Positions 24,701 through 37,120 of a stretch of 64,000 nucleotides of DNA are shown in pieces; position 1 is the stretch's first letter, and every line of letters starts with the position of its first letter. Origin of the DNA: Macrostomum lignano. Lineage: Eukaryota. The notes beneath the pieces are model-generated. The model did not search any database and was not told where the DNA came from. It worked only from the letters and a program-made list of their open reading frames with translations. The position numbers and the translations under genes were made by a program. The DNA lies in the NCBI GenBank assembly GCA_002269645.1, contig NIVC01000567.1, positions 1 through 64,000 on the forward strand, read 5' to 3'.

Positions 24701-27700
24701 ACGAATTTGAGAAGTCATGAAAAAAGTAAAAATAACTTAAGATTGAATCTCTAGCGGAATCAGCGCCTGGACTGGCCGTCTCACCCGCTTCCAGCGTCGG
24801 GAACTCCCAGCTCAAGCAATGTGAAGAAGAACCTCAGCATCACAGCCTGGACGCACTGAAATTTTACATGTCGCAATTTAGCTTAGACTTGTTTATTATA
24901 TCTTTGTTCGGGTGCCATATCCATGTAGAGTACAGGATTATAACTCACGTCGCATGAAGGTAAAAAATAAACAATATATAACTCATATGACATAGTAGGC
25001 TTTTAGCATAAGCCGACTCATTCTACGACAACTGCTCCAAAATCAAGGTGACAATCGGCAGTCATGAGCACGTGAAGATAAATGCACAGTTTGACTCCAT
25101 ATTATGGCCGTAAATTGCACTACAGAGGCCTGCCTTGTCAAGTAATCCCAATTTCCGTTCAAAAACTCTAAATCACTGCGACCGCGCGCGAAATAGAACC
25201 CATTGAACCCAAACAAGCAAGGCGCCAGACTCAAATACTCTCATCCAATTTGATGGGGCAGATTCGTGACAGTAAGAGAATTTCAATATTCACGACGGAG
25301 TATTGTTTTCATGTATCGCGAATTCTCTGTGTAAGGACTTTATTGAGTTTTATTGGTGTTATTCTAATAATCGAAACTCTTATTAGCTAATTGATTTCAA
25401 GACAAAAATGAGTGTCTGGTATCCAACGGGACCTAGTATAGTACAATAATATTTCCAAGACTGCGCGTTGCATGCAACACAGCCTTCGGGGCTTTCCTGA
25501 CAACTTTTAATCCTGTATCATGCGTCCAGCGCGTGATTGAACATTAGTCAGTTGTATGCCTGCAGGTAATAGCATGCTTTTTACAGCTCCACCTGACACA
25601 AAAAGAAGCCATCATCACGAAACTTGATTAATTGATTTAATAAGTGGTTCGCCATTTTGCTCACACACGAGGCCTGCCTTCTTCAAACAATAGCAGCCAT
25701 GGTAGCAATTCAGTATCTACGAAATGTCTTCTTTTCCCTATAATTATCGAAGCGAATGAAAGGGTCTGATAATTATCAGCTTTGATTGTCCTACAGTAAA
25801 TTATTTTTGTTATACCTGGGTTACTTTTACGTCAAAAAAGACGACGATATTTTGTACTGGCTGGCAGACCTTAGTGAAATTGAATCGGCTCTCTGATTAA
25901 TATTTTTGATTAGTACATCAAAATCTAGAATATTTACGTGTAATAAATTGCGATCACACAGCAGCCTCATCGCTCATTTTCTTTTGTTGAAAATTGGGAC
26001 GTCAAAAAGTTTTCTAAGTACGCTCTTTCCTGGGTAAAAACTCATTTTCACAAGTATGTTAGGAACTCTTCAATTAAAAAAACATCTTCAAAAGAAATCC
26101 GAAGCCATATGCATGTGTCGGATACTTGCGCAGGATTGCCGGGATATTTTGCATCGCAAAGCTGTTGCACCGATTAAACTGCAAAGTTAATTGTGTGGCT
26201 TCAAATAATGAATGACTTCCGCAGCATTTACTGCCTTCAGTGCCGGAAGACCTAGGGCTTCCTGATTGCATTAAGTCAGAGCCTAACAGTTTTTTCAGCT
26301 GCGAGACTTTAGAGCTGAAGTTGCTGGTACAATTTTTCTAATGAAAATCTGACGCGATTGAGCATTTCATTTTCTAATGATTCTAATATTTCCTGCATTT
26401 TTCAAAGCTGCTCAGTCGATCAAGTATTCCGCTTCTATTCATTTACTACATTAGCTCGTACTGATATCATTCCCAACCCTGTCTATTCAATAGTGCAACC
26501 ACCTCACTCCTGCAATCATTCCCAACCCTGTCTCTGTTCAATAGCGCAACCACCTCACTCCTGCAATCATTCCCAACCCTGTCTCTATTCAATAGTGCAA
26601 CCACCTCACTCCTGCAATCATTCCCAACCCTGTCTCTATTCAATAGTGCAACCACCTCACTCCTGCAATCATTCCCAACCCTGTCTCTATTCAATACTGC
26701 AACCACCTCACTCCTGCAATCATTCCCAACCCTGTCTCTATTCAATAGTGCAACCACCTCACTCCTGCAATCATTCCCAACCCTGTCTCTATTCAATAGC
26801 GCAACCACCTCACTCCTGCAATCATTCCCAACCCTGTCTCTATTCAATATTGCAACCACCTCACTCCTGCAATCATTCCCAACCCTGTCTCTATTCAATA
26901 GCGCAACCACCTCACTCCTGCAATCATTCCCAACCTTGTCTCTATTCAATAGCGCAACCACCTCACTCCTGCAATCATTCCCAACCCTGTCTCTATTCAA
27001 TACTGCAACCACCTCACTCCTGCAATCATTCCCAACCCTGTCTCTATTCAATAGTGCAACCACCTCACTCCTGCAATCATTCCCAACCCTTTCTCTATTC
27101 AATAGTGCAACCACCTCACTCCTGCAATCATTCCCAACCCTGTCTCTATTCAATAGGGCAACCACCTCACTCCTGCAATCATTCCCAACCTTGTCTCTAT
27201 TCAATAGCGCAACCACCTCACTCCTGCAATCATTCCCAACCCTGTCTCTATTCAATACTGCAACCACCTCACTCCTGCAATCATTCCCAACCCTGTCTCT
27301 ATTCAATAGTGCAACCACCTCACTCCTGCAATCATTCCCAACCCTGTCTATTCAATAGTGCAACCACCTCACTCCTGCAATCATTCCCAACCCTGTCTCT
27401 ATTCAATAGGGCAACCACCTCACTCCTGCAATCATTCCCAACCTTGTCTCTATTCAATAGCGCAACCACCTCACTCCTGCAATCATTCCCAACCCTGTCT
27501 CTATTCAATACTGCAACCACCTCACTCCTGCAATCATTCCCAACCCTTTCTCTATTCAATAGTGCAACCACCTCACTCCTGCAATCATTCCCAACCCTGT
27601 CTATTCAATAGCGCAACCACCTCACTCCTGCAATCATTCCCAACCCTGTCTCTATTAAATACTGCAACCACCTCACTCCTGCAATCATTCCCAACCCTGT

Positions 27701-29006
27701 CTCTATTCAATAGCGCAACCACCTCACTCCGGCAATCATCCCTAACCCCGTCTCTCTATTCACTAGTGCAACCACCTCACTCCTGCAATCATTCCCAACC
27801 CTGTCTATTAAATACTGCAACCACCTCACTCCGGCAATCATCCCTAACCCCGTCTCTCTATTCACTAGTGCAACCACCTCACTCCGGCAATCATCCCTAA
27901 CCCGTCTTTCTATTCACTAGTGCAATCACCTCACTCCTGCAATCATTCCCAACCCTGTCCATTAAATACTGCAACCACCTCACTCCGGCAATCATCCCTA
28001 ACCCCGTCTCTCTATTCACTAGTGCAACCACCTCACTCCTGCAATCATTCCTAACCCCGTCTCTCTATTCACTAGTGCAACCACCTCTCTCCTGCAATCA
28101 TTCCTAACCCTGTCTCTCTATTCACTAGTGCAACCACCTTTCTCCTGCAGCTTTCTCCTCAAAACTCGCCAATTGCAGGCTCGCATTCAGGCCTACTGCA
28201 GTCGGCTGGCTGATAAGGCGTCCCAGCATCTCGCTACAGCGTGGAACTCGCACAAGCTTCCAATCCCAGCCAATATGGAGGCGCCATTCATGCGTCTGAT
28301 TGCTCTGCCGAAGCATCTGCAGTGCCGTGAAATTCTAGATATGGTTAGTGTCCCGACTTATAATTTTCTAAATTCTTGAAAGGGAGTTTGAGTTGAATAG
28401 ATATTTTTTTTTAATGAATAGCATTTACTGTACCCTCATTCCCTGTGGATAAGGAGAATATGTTATTTTTTCGTCAACAAAAGCTTTTTTAATAGAAAAA
28501 CCGACTTTCAAGAGTCAGTGACTCCTCTTACTCCTCAAATGATAAAAAAATTCTTGACTGAAATTCCATAGCTTTGAAGCTAAACGATGCAGCTAGCCTA
28601 TTCAGGTTTGTTTGATCCGTTTCTGCTTCAGACAGAGCTTCTAGAAGCGTTTATTATTTAAGCCTACTACTATTGCCAGTAGTAGATGCTATATGTAGCT
28701 CCTAAGGATAAAGAGTGTCAAAAATTTGGATTTTTGTTTTTTTTCTGATATAGTAGCTGAATTGACCCTTTAAGGTTGCAATCCCACAAAAGGGCCAGCG
28801 CTGTAGAAGCTCTACACGCAGTCCTCGGGTTTTACTTTTCTAGAAATTTACTTTTATTCGACTTTGCAGACAAACGAGTACCGAATGACATTCAAGACTC
28901 TTTATACGTCCGCATCTCCTGCTCGATTATTGTTGATATGGACGATATTCGGAAGCTGGCTGACATCATCATGAAGCTGACGAAGGATGACTTTTTGAGT
29001 CCATAG
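21765..29006 (+). CDS. PLP-dependent class-V aminotransferase-fold C-S lyase (Egt2 hercynylcysteine sulfoxide lyase / L-cysteine desulfhydrase / CefD-like), multi-exon
   Basis: Phase-consistent exons 21765-21774 (MSC), 22100-22229 (LNSGSFG), 23151-23557, 23963-24333 (DHITS, IDGAHAIG, GNLHKW with PLP lysine) and 28179-~28326 (AWNSHKLPIP...FMRLIALP). A probable small exon lies at 28572-28605, and 28775-29006 encodes YVRISCSI...DIRKLAD. Splicing of the last ~600 bp is approximate. Confidence 0.85.
26467..28150. repeat. 51-bp minisatellite (~33 copies), intronic in the lyase gene
   Basis: Unit TCATTCCCAACCCTGTCTCTATTCAATAGTGCAACCACCTCACTCCTGCAA; produces the spurious 17-aa-periodic ORFs in the track. 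Confidence 0.97.
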
Positions 29007-29752
29007 TCAGTCGAACTACAAACTTTAGCCTGCGCTTATACTTAGGACAAATCAGATAGAAAGAACTAAAAGTTAAGCCCTCATAATTACAATGCTGATG
29101 AACTTTCAAGTTTGAAATAATTATTAGATTTTTTGCAATATTGACACTTTTATTCCAGCTCAATATTTTTACAGACAGTGAAGTAATTTTTTTGTAGCAA
29201 AATAAAAATCTGTTGTCTGTAGCAATAACGTTCGCATCTACGAGCGTAAAGTTATGTTGCTCAATTTTTCATTGATCAATTTATTCAATCAGGACAACGT
29301 CAAAGAGCAGTTCAAGAAGAAGTGTACAGCTCCTATGCCTACTCATAATCGTGTATCAAGAGCATGTGCTTACGGGCAGATAATGACATGTGAGTAATGC
29401 CGTGAAAATAGTGTCACAAAACGGAAGGACAGATCATTAATAATCGAAAAATAGTAAATTTCAGTGGTAATTTAAATTTTAAGAATTTATATATCAGAGT
29501 TCTATTGTGGGTTCAATATTATCTAGTCTTGATCCGCTTTATACTGGATATTGAAGCATCATCCAGAATGAAAATAAACCGGAATCGAGGCCCAGAATCG
29601 GATGGAACTAGACTGGAATCGAATCGGAACTGAGAAAACATTTAAACTTGGACTAAAAAAGGACCAGGTGGGTAATATTATGATAATCAAATAATACGAG
29701 CGTATATATGCATTTTTAAGCCGATTCAATGTTTCGAAGAACGAAAGAATGT

Positions 29753-32375
29753 TTAATAATAGTCGTAAAGGGCAAATCCACTAATGCTGCGATTTTCGCT
29801 GTTGCATCGTTCACCCCTGCTCGGGTACTTGCTGTTGTTGTTTCCAGTGCAATCCGTGAGATAGGTGACAGCGCCACTTGACGAAGAGGTGCACGTAGAG
29901 CAATCGGAAACTTTTTTACTTGCTCCAAGTCGAGGTGCCTCACCCCTACCGTCAGGTGGCTTTTCATTTTTTCGTTTTCTTCTGGCTTGAACTCGAAGCA
30001 GCAGTTCATATGCAGCTTCAATCACTTCGAAAATAATCATTACGGACATTCCTAAGTACAAGCCGAGAATACCGCCCGTGTCACTTACGAAATTGCCAAA
30101 CTTGTATGCCCACGTGCGCACAATGCGTCTCAGACTGCCCCGGCTGACGCTAAAATGTAGTCGGACAAATGCCTCGTCCAGATAGTCATTGAGAACGCGT
30201 TTGTCTTCACTGGAGTTCCACTGGGTCCTGTTAGCCAATTCGAATAGAAATTCCAGACCGGGTTCCTTTGAAAGGCTGCTGCATTCGCCTTTTAGGCTCT
30301 GAACAAATCGTGCGGCAGCCTGTCGACCGGGAAATCTGGCGCTGGAAATGTCCACTTTGTATCTCATCTGAAAAAATGAGCCACGTTTAATAACACTTTA
30401 ATGCTACCTTCCGATTGTTTAAGATGACTTTTTCATTTAATATGCTTATGACTGTTTAAAAAGAGTAAATTTTACTCGTTCAATCACAACTCGGCTTTCA
30501 AGGAGGCTTCTGGCAAACTTTTATTTCAAGTCAAAGCGTGAATGTATCTATGTACTATTTATTTCCCAAGCTTAGTTACAGCTAAAAAGCTTCAAAGACA
30601 AAAACTCACTCACCTCTCCGCAAGCACTTTTACTTGCACAATTTTGCACAACTTTCTTGCCAATATGAAGACTTAGCGCCGGACCTTTCCTATAGAGCAA
30701 TTTGATAAGCTCTTCTACTGTTTCAGGAGGCAATCCGGTGAGATTGTAGGCGTACTCCAATTCGTTAGGCAGTTGGCTCAGGCTACGATTGAACAGCTCC
30801 GGTAGTTTGGAACTCTGGCGCTCCCACTCAGACACAATGCAGGCAAAGTAGCTGTACTGGTAGGTGCGCAGTCTGCCAGTGTACGGGTCACGAAAACGAG
30901 GCAGCGTTAGCTCGGGAGAGTCCTCGTTAACACACTCGTTAGAAAATTCCTCATGATCGCGATAGTCCTCTTCGGCGTACATACTAACCTGGTGGTAAGC
31001 GCCTGGCGACAGAAGAAAGTTGGCGACAAATTGGCTGGGGTAGTGGCCGCGAGGTGCGAGAAATACCCGAAGACCCGGACTGATGTAGGCTGGCGATTCA
31101 GACAGTGACCTGATGAATGAATGAGGGTTGAACAATTTCTTTTCAATGAAAATCAGGATTATATTTCAATCTCATTGTGATCTACTATATTTACACTGTT
31201 AGTTCATTGCGTCCAGGTGTTTTTTTATTATTTTCATCCTTTCTCAAATAAAGAGTCACAATTTAAATGAATGAAATTGATCACTTACTGTTTCTTATAC
31301 AATCTACTTCATACTAAGGCCCATGTAGCCAACTTAAACCTATAAACAGCTGCTGTACCGAATAGAGTACTATATTTTATGGTCATTCACATTTCTTACC
31401 AGTCCCATAGTTGCATAGACTCGCTGCCGTCAGGCAAGAAAAGCTTCCGCACTCGCTCCTTACTGTTCCAAGTTGACTTCAATCGTTCATTAGCTGGATC
31501 AAGAAACATCAGCAGTTCTACCCCTGTGTTTGAATCCGAATTGGTGCACTGAAGAGCATCCGCTGCCTCTGGGGACAGTGTGAGCCGGAAACAGGACGGA
31601 TGCACGTGATGGTAGAACGGCGTCACTTGAACGCTTTCGCGAGCGTCGCCAACAACGGGTACTGTGCTACGAAACAAAGCATAGATTATACTTTGCCTTT
31701 GTCGCGCTCCAATCCAATCGGCCCATAGACGATAGGGCAGAGAGTGAATCGCATAGTGAGAGGCCCAGTAGGGAATGTACTTGCGCTGCTTCGGATTGGT
31801 GACGACGCGGCCAAGAATAGGTTGAACCATTTGCAAGCTTGCATCAAGGTGACTATTGATTTCCCTGACCTGTCAGATGGTTGGATATGGAAAAGAGTCA
31901 TTTGCATGCATAAATCTACAGGTAAAAGACGTTGGAAGAGAGTGCTTTACAACTGAGGGATTTCCCTATAGCCGTGAAAAACGATGGAAATGATTCTGCT
32001 CTCAAAGTTTCTTACCTGACTGTCATTAAGCAACTTGTGAAGCGAACCGGACACTGGATGGTTGTTGCAGAGGTACACGTCGGGAAACTCGAACTCGCCA
32101 GTCTGGTCAAAGTGTGTTGCTATTTCTCCAGCCCATAGTCGATTAAAAATATTGGTCAAGTTCAATAAAAATGCGCATACGCAAAGGGCACATACTGCTA
32201 CCCACATCAGTCTGATCCAGGTGTGCTTGGCTTGCACGATTCTGGCAAGGCCGTGAGCGTAGGAACGTCTCATTGCTGCCTTCATCAGAGGCAGAACTTC
32301 GGAGCGAAACGACTGCTCACTGAGCTGCTCAACGCTCTGCTGATTTTGCAGAATTTTTTCTTCTTTTTTCTCCAT
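29753..32375 (-). CDS. DEG/ENaC (ASIC/FaNaC-related) ion channel subunit, 4 exons, ~646 aa
   Basis: Exons 32375-32016, 31869-31400, 31109-30614 and 30367-29753, all GT-AG and phase-consistent. Motifs: SYAHG (HG), TM1 IRLMWVAV, FPDVYLCN, HPSCF, GLRVFL, SSARFPG, TM2 SDTGGILGLYLGMSV. Confidence 0.92.
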
Positions 32376-33330
32376 CAGGAGGCTAGTTGGGCATCAACGA
32401 CTAGTTGCATGTGGAGTGTCTGGGAAGTCAATTTATACAATATCCCAGTATAACAAGTTAACCTTTATCAGAAAATTTTTGCTCACCGTCTCTAGATTGT
32501 GGGATCCAATATTTACCCGAGATAAATGAGACGAAAAGCAAGGGAAAAAAGCTACTTTTATACCCCGTACCGTCATCGCTATTTGACCTGGTTCACTGCG
32601 TCAAATTAAATGCGTGCATCAAACAATATGGAAAATGTTGAGCACCAGGTACAGCGCACCTATGGTTGAATACTTCCACTGATTTTCACCGATAAGACGA
32701 ATTCATTACGCAGATATGAGTGTACCGAAACAGAGGGGAAGGACTTACGATTTGCTCACGTCAGCTTGGCGTAGTCACATTTCCTAATCAAAACATGATG
32801 TTAAAGGTTAAGAGAGTATGCTCTTAAGTCTTATATGCATAAATTCAACATTTCTAGCTTTATTGGTATAATTTTTGCTACCGAAAATTTAGAAGTCTTG
32901 AAATTGTACTTAGTAGAGAGTATATTTTATGGAGTTTTGGCTTTTTCCCATGAACATCGATAGAGAAATTATAAATAATTTAAAAAGCGTCTCCTATATA
33001 TGCCTGTTTGAAATTGTGATAAGATAATTACGCACAGTCTATTTCATTCGAGTTCTTCATCAAAAAGGAGAACTTATTTGATTAGATTGGACTTCGACTT
33101 AAATTATTGCTTTCCAAAGAGCAGCCGCTAGAGCGATAGCGGTATGGGTAGAAGCACTGTTTGCTCGCGTGTCTACACATAAGAAAACCTTATCCGTTTT
33201 TAGTACTGTTGCATTCAATTTGTAAAACACTTGATTTACAATAACCCATTTTTTGCTCTGGAGTACATCTTTGCGGCTCTTTGAGTTCAGAGAAAAATGC
33301 GCAACTGGCGTGATAACGTGTGATTTTTGG

Positions 33331-33628
33331 TCTATACTTTCTTATCTCGTATTATCTTTTTATTTTTTTCTACTATCTACTGTCTCCTCTCTTCTCTCGT
33401 TTCTCTCCTCTCCGTTCTATATTCTCTCAGCTCCTTTCCTCTCTCATATTCTACACTCTCTACTCTAATCTTGAAGCGCTTAGGAGATTAGGAGACTAGG
33501 AAGATTAGGAGATGAGAGATGAAATGCGTTGAGAGAAGATAGAACGGAGATGAGAGAAAAGAGAGAAGAGATGAGACAGTAGATGGTAGAAAAACATAAA
33601 AAGATAATGTGAGATAAGAAAGTAGAGA
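33331..33628. repeat. Imperfect inverted repeat of pyrimidine-/purine-rich arms (~90 bp each)
   Basis: The reverse complement of 33331-33421 aligns to 33538-33628 (ATAGAACGGAGA...GAGACAGTAGAT..TAGAAAAA..ATAAAAAGATAAT..GAGATAAGAAAGTA) with about 10 mismatches. Confidence 0.7.
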
Positions 33629-34519
33629 GTGTTATGTGAGATATGAGATATGAGAAACGAGAGTAGAGACATGAGATTCCGAGTATAGACAATGTTAGTG
33701 AAGTGAGTTTTTTTTAGGAATCAAATAAAACAAGATTTCTGATTATTTGAAAGTCGTTATATAGGATTTGGATATGATTTGGAAGATGAGATTCAACCAA
33801 GCAATGGAATTTCAGCTAATGGGAGTTAATCAGCTTCAGAATTCCAATGATGATAGTTCTTACTATTTCTCCTCTAAAGGAGTAGCTCTACTCGTAAATT
33901 AGTATTATTTAACAATTGCACTATCACTATATATAACAGGTCCCTTACTAACATGCTGCCTGTTTAGGTGGAGCAGGCTCTCGGATATGCTATAGCTTTT
34001 AATTACAATTATCTAATGATCACAGTTTCGTTATACAACAGGTCTCCTACATGATATGAGTTCAGTTGAAGCAGCCTCTCTATTATAAGCCCTTTTTATT
34101 ATAGCTAGCGTGTTAAAACAATTCGTTTTTTCTTATGCGTGGAAATGTCACGGACTACTTAAGTCTACTAGTGGTCCTTGGGAAATGTATGGAAACTGTA
34201 TGAGCTACTATTCTGGAGCTAATAATCTGGAGCTACTATTCTGGATAAATTGAGAATCTGCTTCAACGCACTGCTGACTAATAAATTCAAGCGTTTGAAT
34301 ATTCATATCGCCAATTCACATAGACTTTCTATCAGTAGCTTTGCAGGTTTTAATAAATATACTGACGCTGCTATTCTGACATTTGCAAACCCAACTGAAT
34401 GGGTTGGTTAATTGATAGACTTTCGTGTTTCATTATTGTCATCCAAGGTGACCGTTCGAACTTTTGATATCCAATGAAGGAAAAACAGCTGAATTCATTT
34501 AGCGCAACTGCTTTTGATC

Positions 34520-36268
34520 GGTAATCGAGGTCAAATCACCAGTCTTAGCGGTCAAAACACCAGTAGAGGTCACATCACCAGTCACCAAGGTCACATCACC
34601 AGTAGAGGTCATAACACCCGTAGAGGTCACATCACCAGTCACTAAGGTCACATCACCAGTCAACAGGGTCACATCACCAGTCACTAAGGTCACATCACCA
34701 GTCAACGGGGTCACTTCACCAGTCAACAATGTCACATCAACAGTCAACAGGGTCACATCATCATTCACCACGGTCACATCACCAGTCAACGCGGTCACAT
34801 CACCAGTCAGTCGGGTCACATCACCAGTCAGTCGGGTCACATCACCAGTCACCAAGGTCACATCACCATTCACCAAGGTCACATCACCAGTCCCCAAGGT
34901 CACATCACCATTCACCAAGGTCACATCATCAGTCAGTCGGGTCACATCACCAGTCAAATCGGTCACATCACCAGTCAAATCGGTCACATCACCAGTCAGT
35001 CGGGTCACATCACCAGTCAACGCGGTCACATCACCAGTCAGTCGGGTCACATCACCAGTCAGTCGGGGTCACTTCACCAGTCAACAATGTCACATCAACA
35101 GTAGAGGTCATAACACCCGTAGAGGTCACATCACCAGTCACTAAGGTCACATCACCAGTCACCAAGGTCACATCACCAGTAGAGGTCATAACACCCGTAG
35201 AGGTCACATCACCCGTAGAGGTCACATCACCAGTCACTAAGGTCACATCACCAGTCACCAAGGTCACATCACCAGTCACTAAGGTCACTTCACCAGTCAA
35301 CAATGTCACATCAACAGTCAACCGGGTCACATCACCAGTCAGTCGGGTCACATCACCAGTCAGTCGGGTCACATCACCAGTCAACACGGTCACATCACCA
35401 GTCAGTCGGGTCACATCACCAGTCAACACGGTCACATCACCAGTCAGTCGGGTCACATCACCAGTCAACGCGGTCACGTCAACAGTCAGTCGGGTCACAT
35501 CACCAGTCAGTCGGGTCACATCACCAGTCAACACGGTCACGTCAACAGTCAGTCGGGTCACATCACCAGTCAGTCGGGTCACATCACCAGTCAACACGGT
35601 CACATCACCAGTCAACACGGTCACGTCAACAGTCAGTCGGGTCACATCACCAGTCAACACGGTCACATCACCAGTCAGTCGGGTCACATCACCAGTCAAC
35701 GCGGTCACGTCAACAGTCAGTCGGGTCACATCACCAGTCAGTCGGGTCACATCACCAGTCAACACGGTCACGTCAACAGTCAGTCGGGTCACATCACCAG
35801 TCAGTCAGGTCACATCACCAGTCAGTCGGGTCACATCACCAGTCAGTCGGGTCACATCACCAGTCAACACGGTCACGTCAACAGTCAGTCGGGTCACATC
35901 ACCAGTCAGTCGGGTCACATCACCAGTCAACACGGTCACATCACCAGTCAGTCGGGTCACATCACCAGTCAACACGGTCACATCACCAGTCAACGCGGTC
36001 ACATCACCAGTCAGTCGGGTCACATCACCAGTCAGTCGGGTCACATCACCAATCAACGTGGTCACATCACCAGTCAACGCAGTCACATCACCAGTCAACG
36101 CGGTCACATCACCAGTCAACGTGGTCACATCACCAGTCAGTCGGGTCACATCACCAGTCACCAAGGTCACATCACCAGTCACCAAGGTCACATCACCAGT
36201 TCCTAAGGTCAAAACACCAGTAGAGGTCATAACACCAGTAGAGGTCACATCACTAGTCACTAAGGTGA
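34520..36268. repeat. 21-bp minisatellite with 18-bp variant units (GGTCACATCACCAGTCAGTCG)
   Basis: About 80 units; variants gtcaccaag/gtcaacacg/gtcaacgcg/gtagag; one +1 frameshift near 35065. Confidence 0.95.
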
Positions 36269-37120
36269 TGTGACCATCCAATCCAATTAAACGTAGAAAA
36301 AATCAAACCAAGCAGAGACTGGGTGAAATGCGTGAAATGATCAAAACTCGCAAACAAGAGAATAGCTAACTTAACTAACCATAGATTGAAGAATTGGCTG
36401 GCTGGCTGACTGACTTGCAATCTGCCTTCAATTGATGATCGCGCGCGCGCGTTTTAATCAGTTAGTAGGATACCCCCCACGCTTTCTATTTCGATACCAG
36501 CAAGCTAAATATAAACGGGGGATGACCCTATAGACTGTATACAAGTGACCTTGTCATCGGCCAATACAGAGCATCGAAAACCAACCCCCATAATAGAAGC
36601 CAATAGAGTCGTAAAATTGATGCTAAAATTGGCGAGCATGGTAGATTTCAGGGTCTGGGCTTTTTAGGAACAAAAACCTTGACCCCACCCTCGCCTCACA
36701 AACTTCAGTCTTAACAGTCCTAAAAGTTCAGTCTTAACTGCACTCATGCTCTATCTGAGCAATGTAAAGGCTGTGTTAAGTTTTGAAGGTAACCGTGATA
36801 AAAAAGTAATTATACCGTCGAATTTTTTTTCAAATCTTGATTTTACCAGATTTTACCCTGATAAATAGTTTTTCTGTCTTTCCTCAGGAACCCCTGGAAA
36901 TAGACATAGACATAAAGTTATATTGGTTGAATAGGCTCTAGTCTGAAAGCAAATTTTGCAGTCCGATCCAATAACACTTAAAATACCAGTATTAACTTAG
37001 AGAATCTCGGTGCTGTCGGAATTCGTTCGAATTCAAGAATAATCAAGGCATGGTCTAACCGCATTTGCACTGTCCAGCATTATCAAGCATGGACAAAACT
37101 GGGCAGTATTTATTTAACAG

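Noticed and set aside
26358-27900. Cys/His-rich 417-aa and related ORFs (PPHSCNHSQPCLYSI repeats)
   Set aside because: By-product of a 51-bp minisatellite inside a phase-consistent intron; frames break at 49-bp variant units.
26467-28150. CRISPR-like periodicity here and in 56230-63875
   Set aside because: Direct head-to-tail units with no unique spacers, no cas genes, eukaryotic context.
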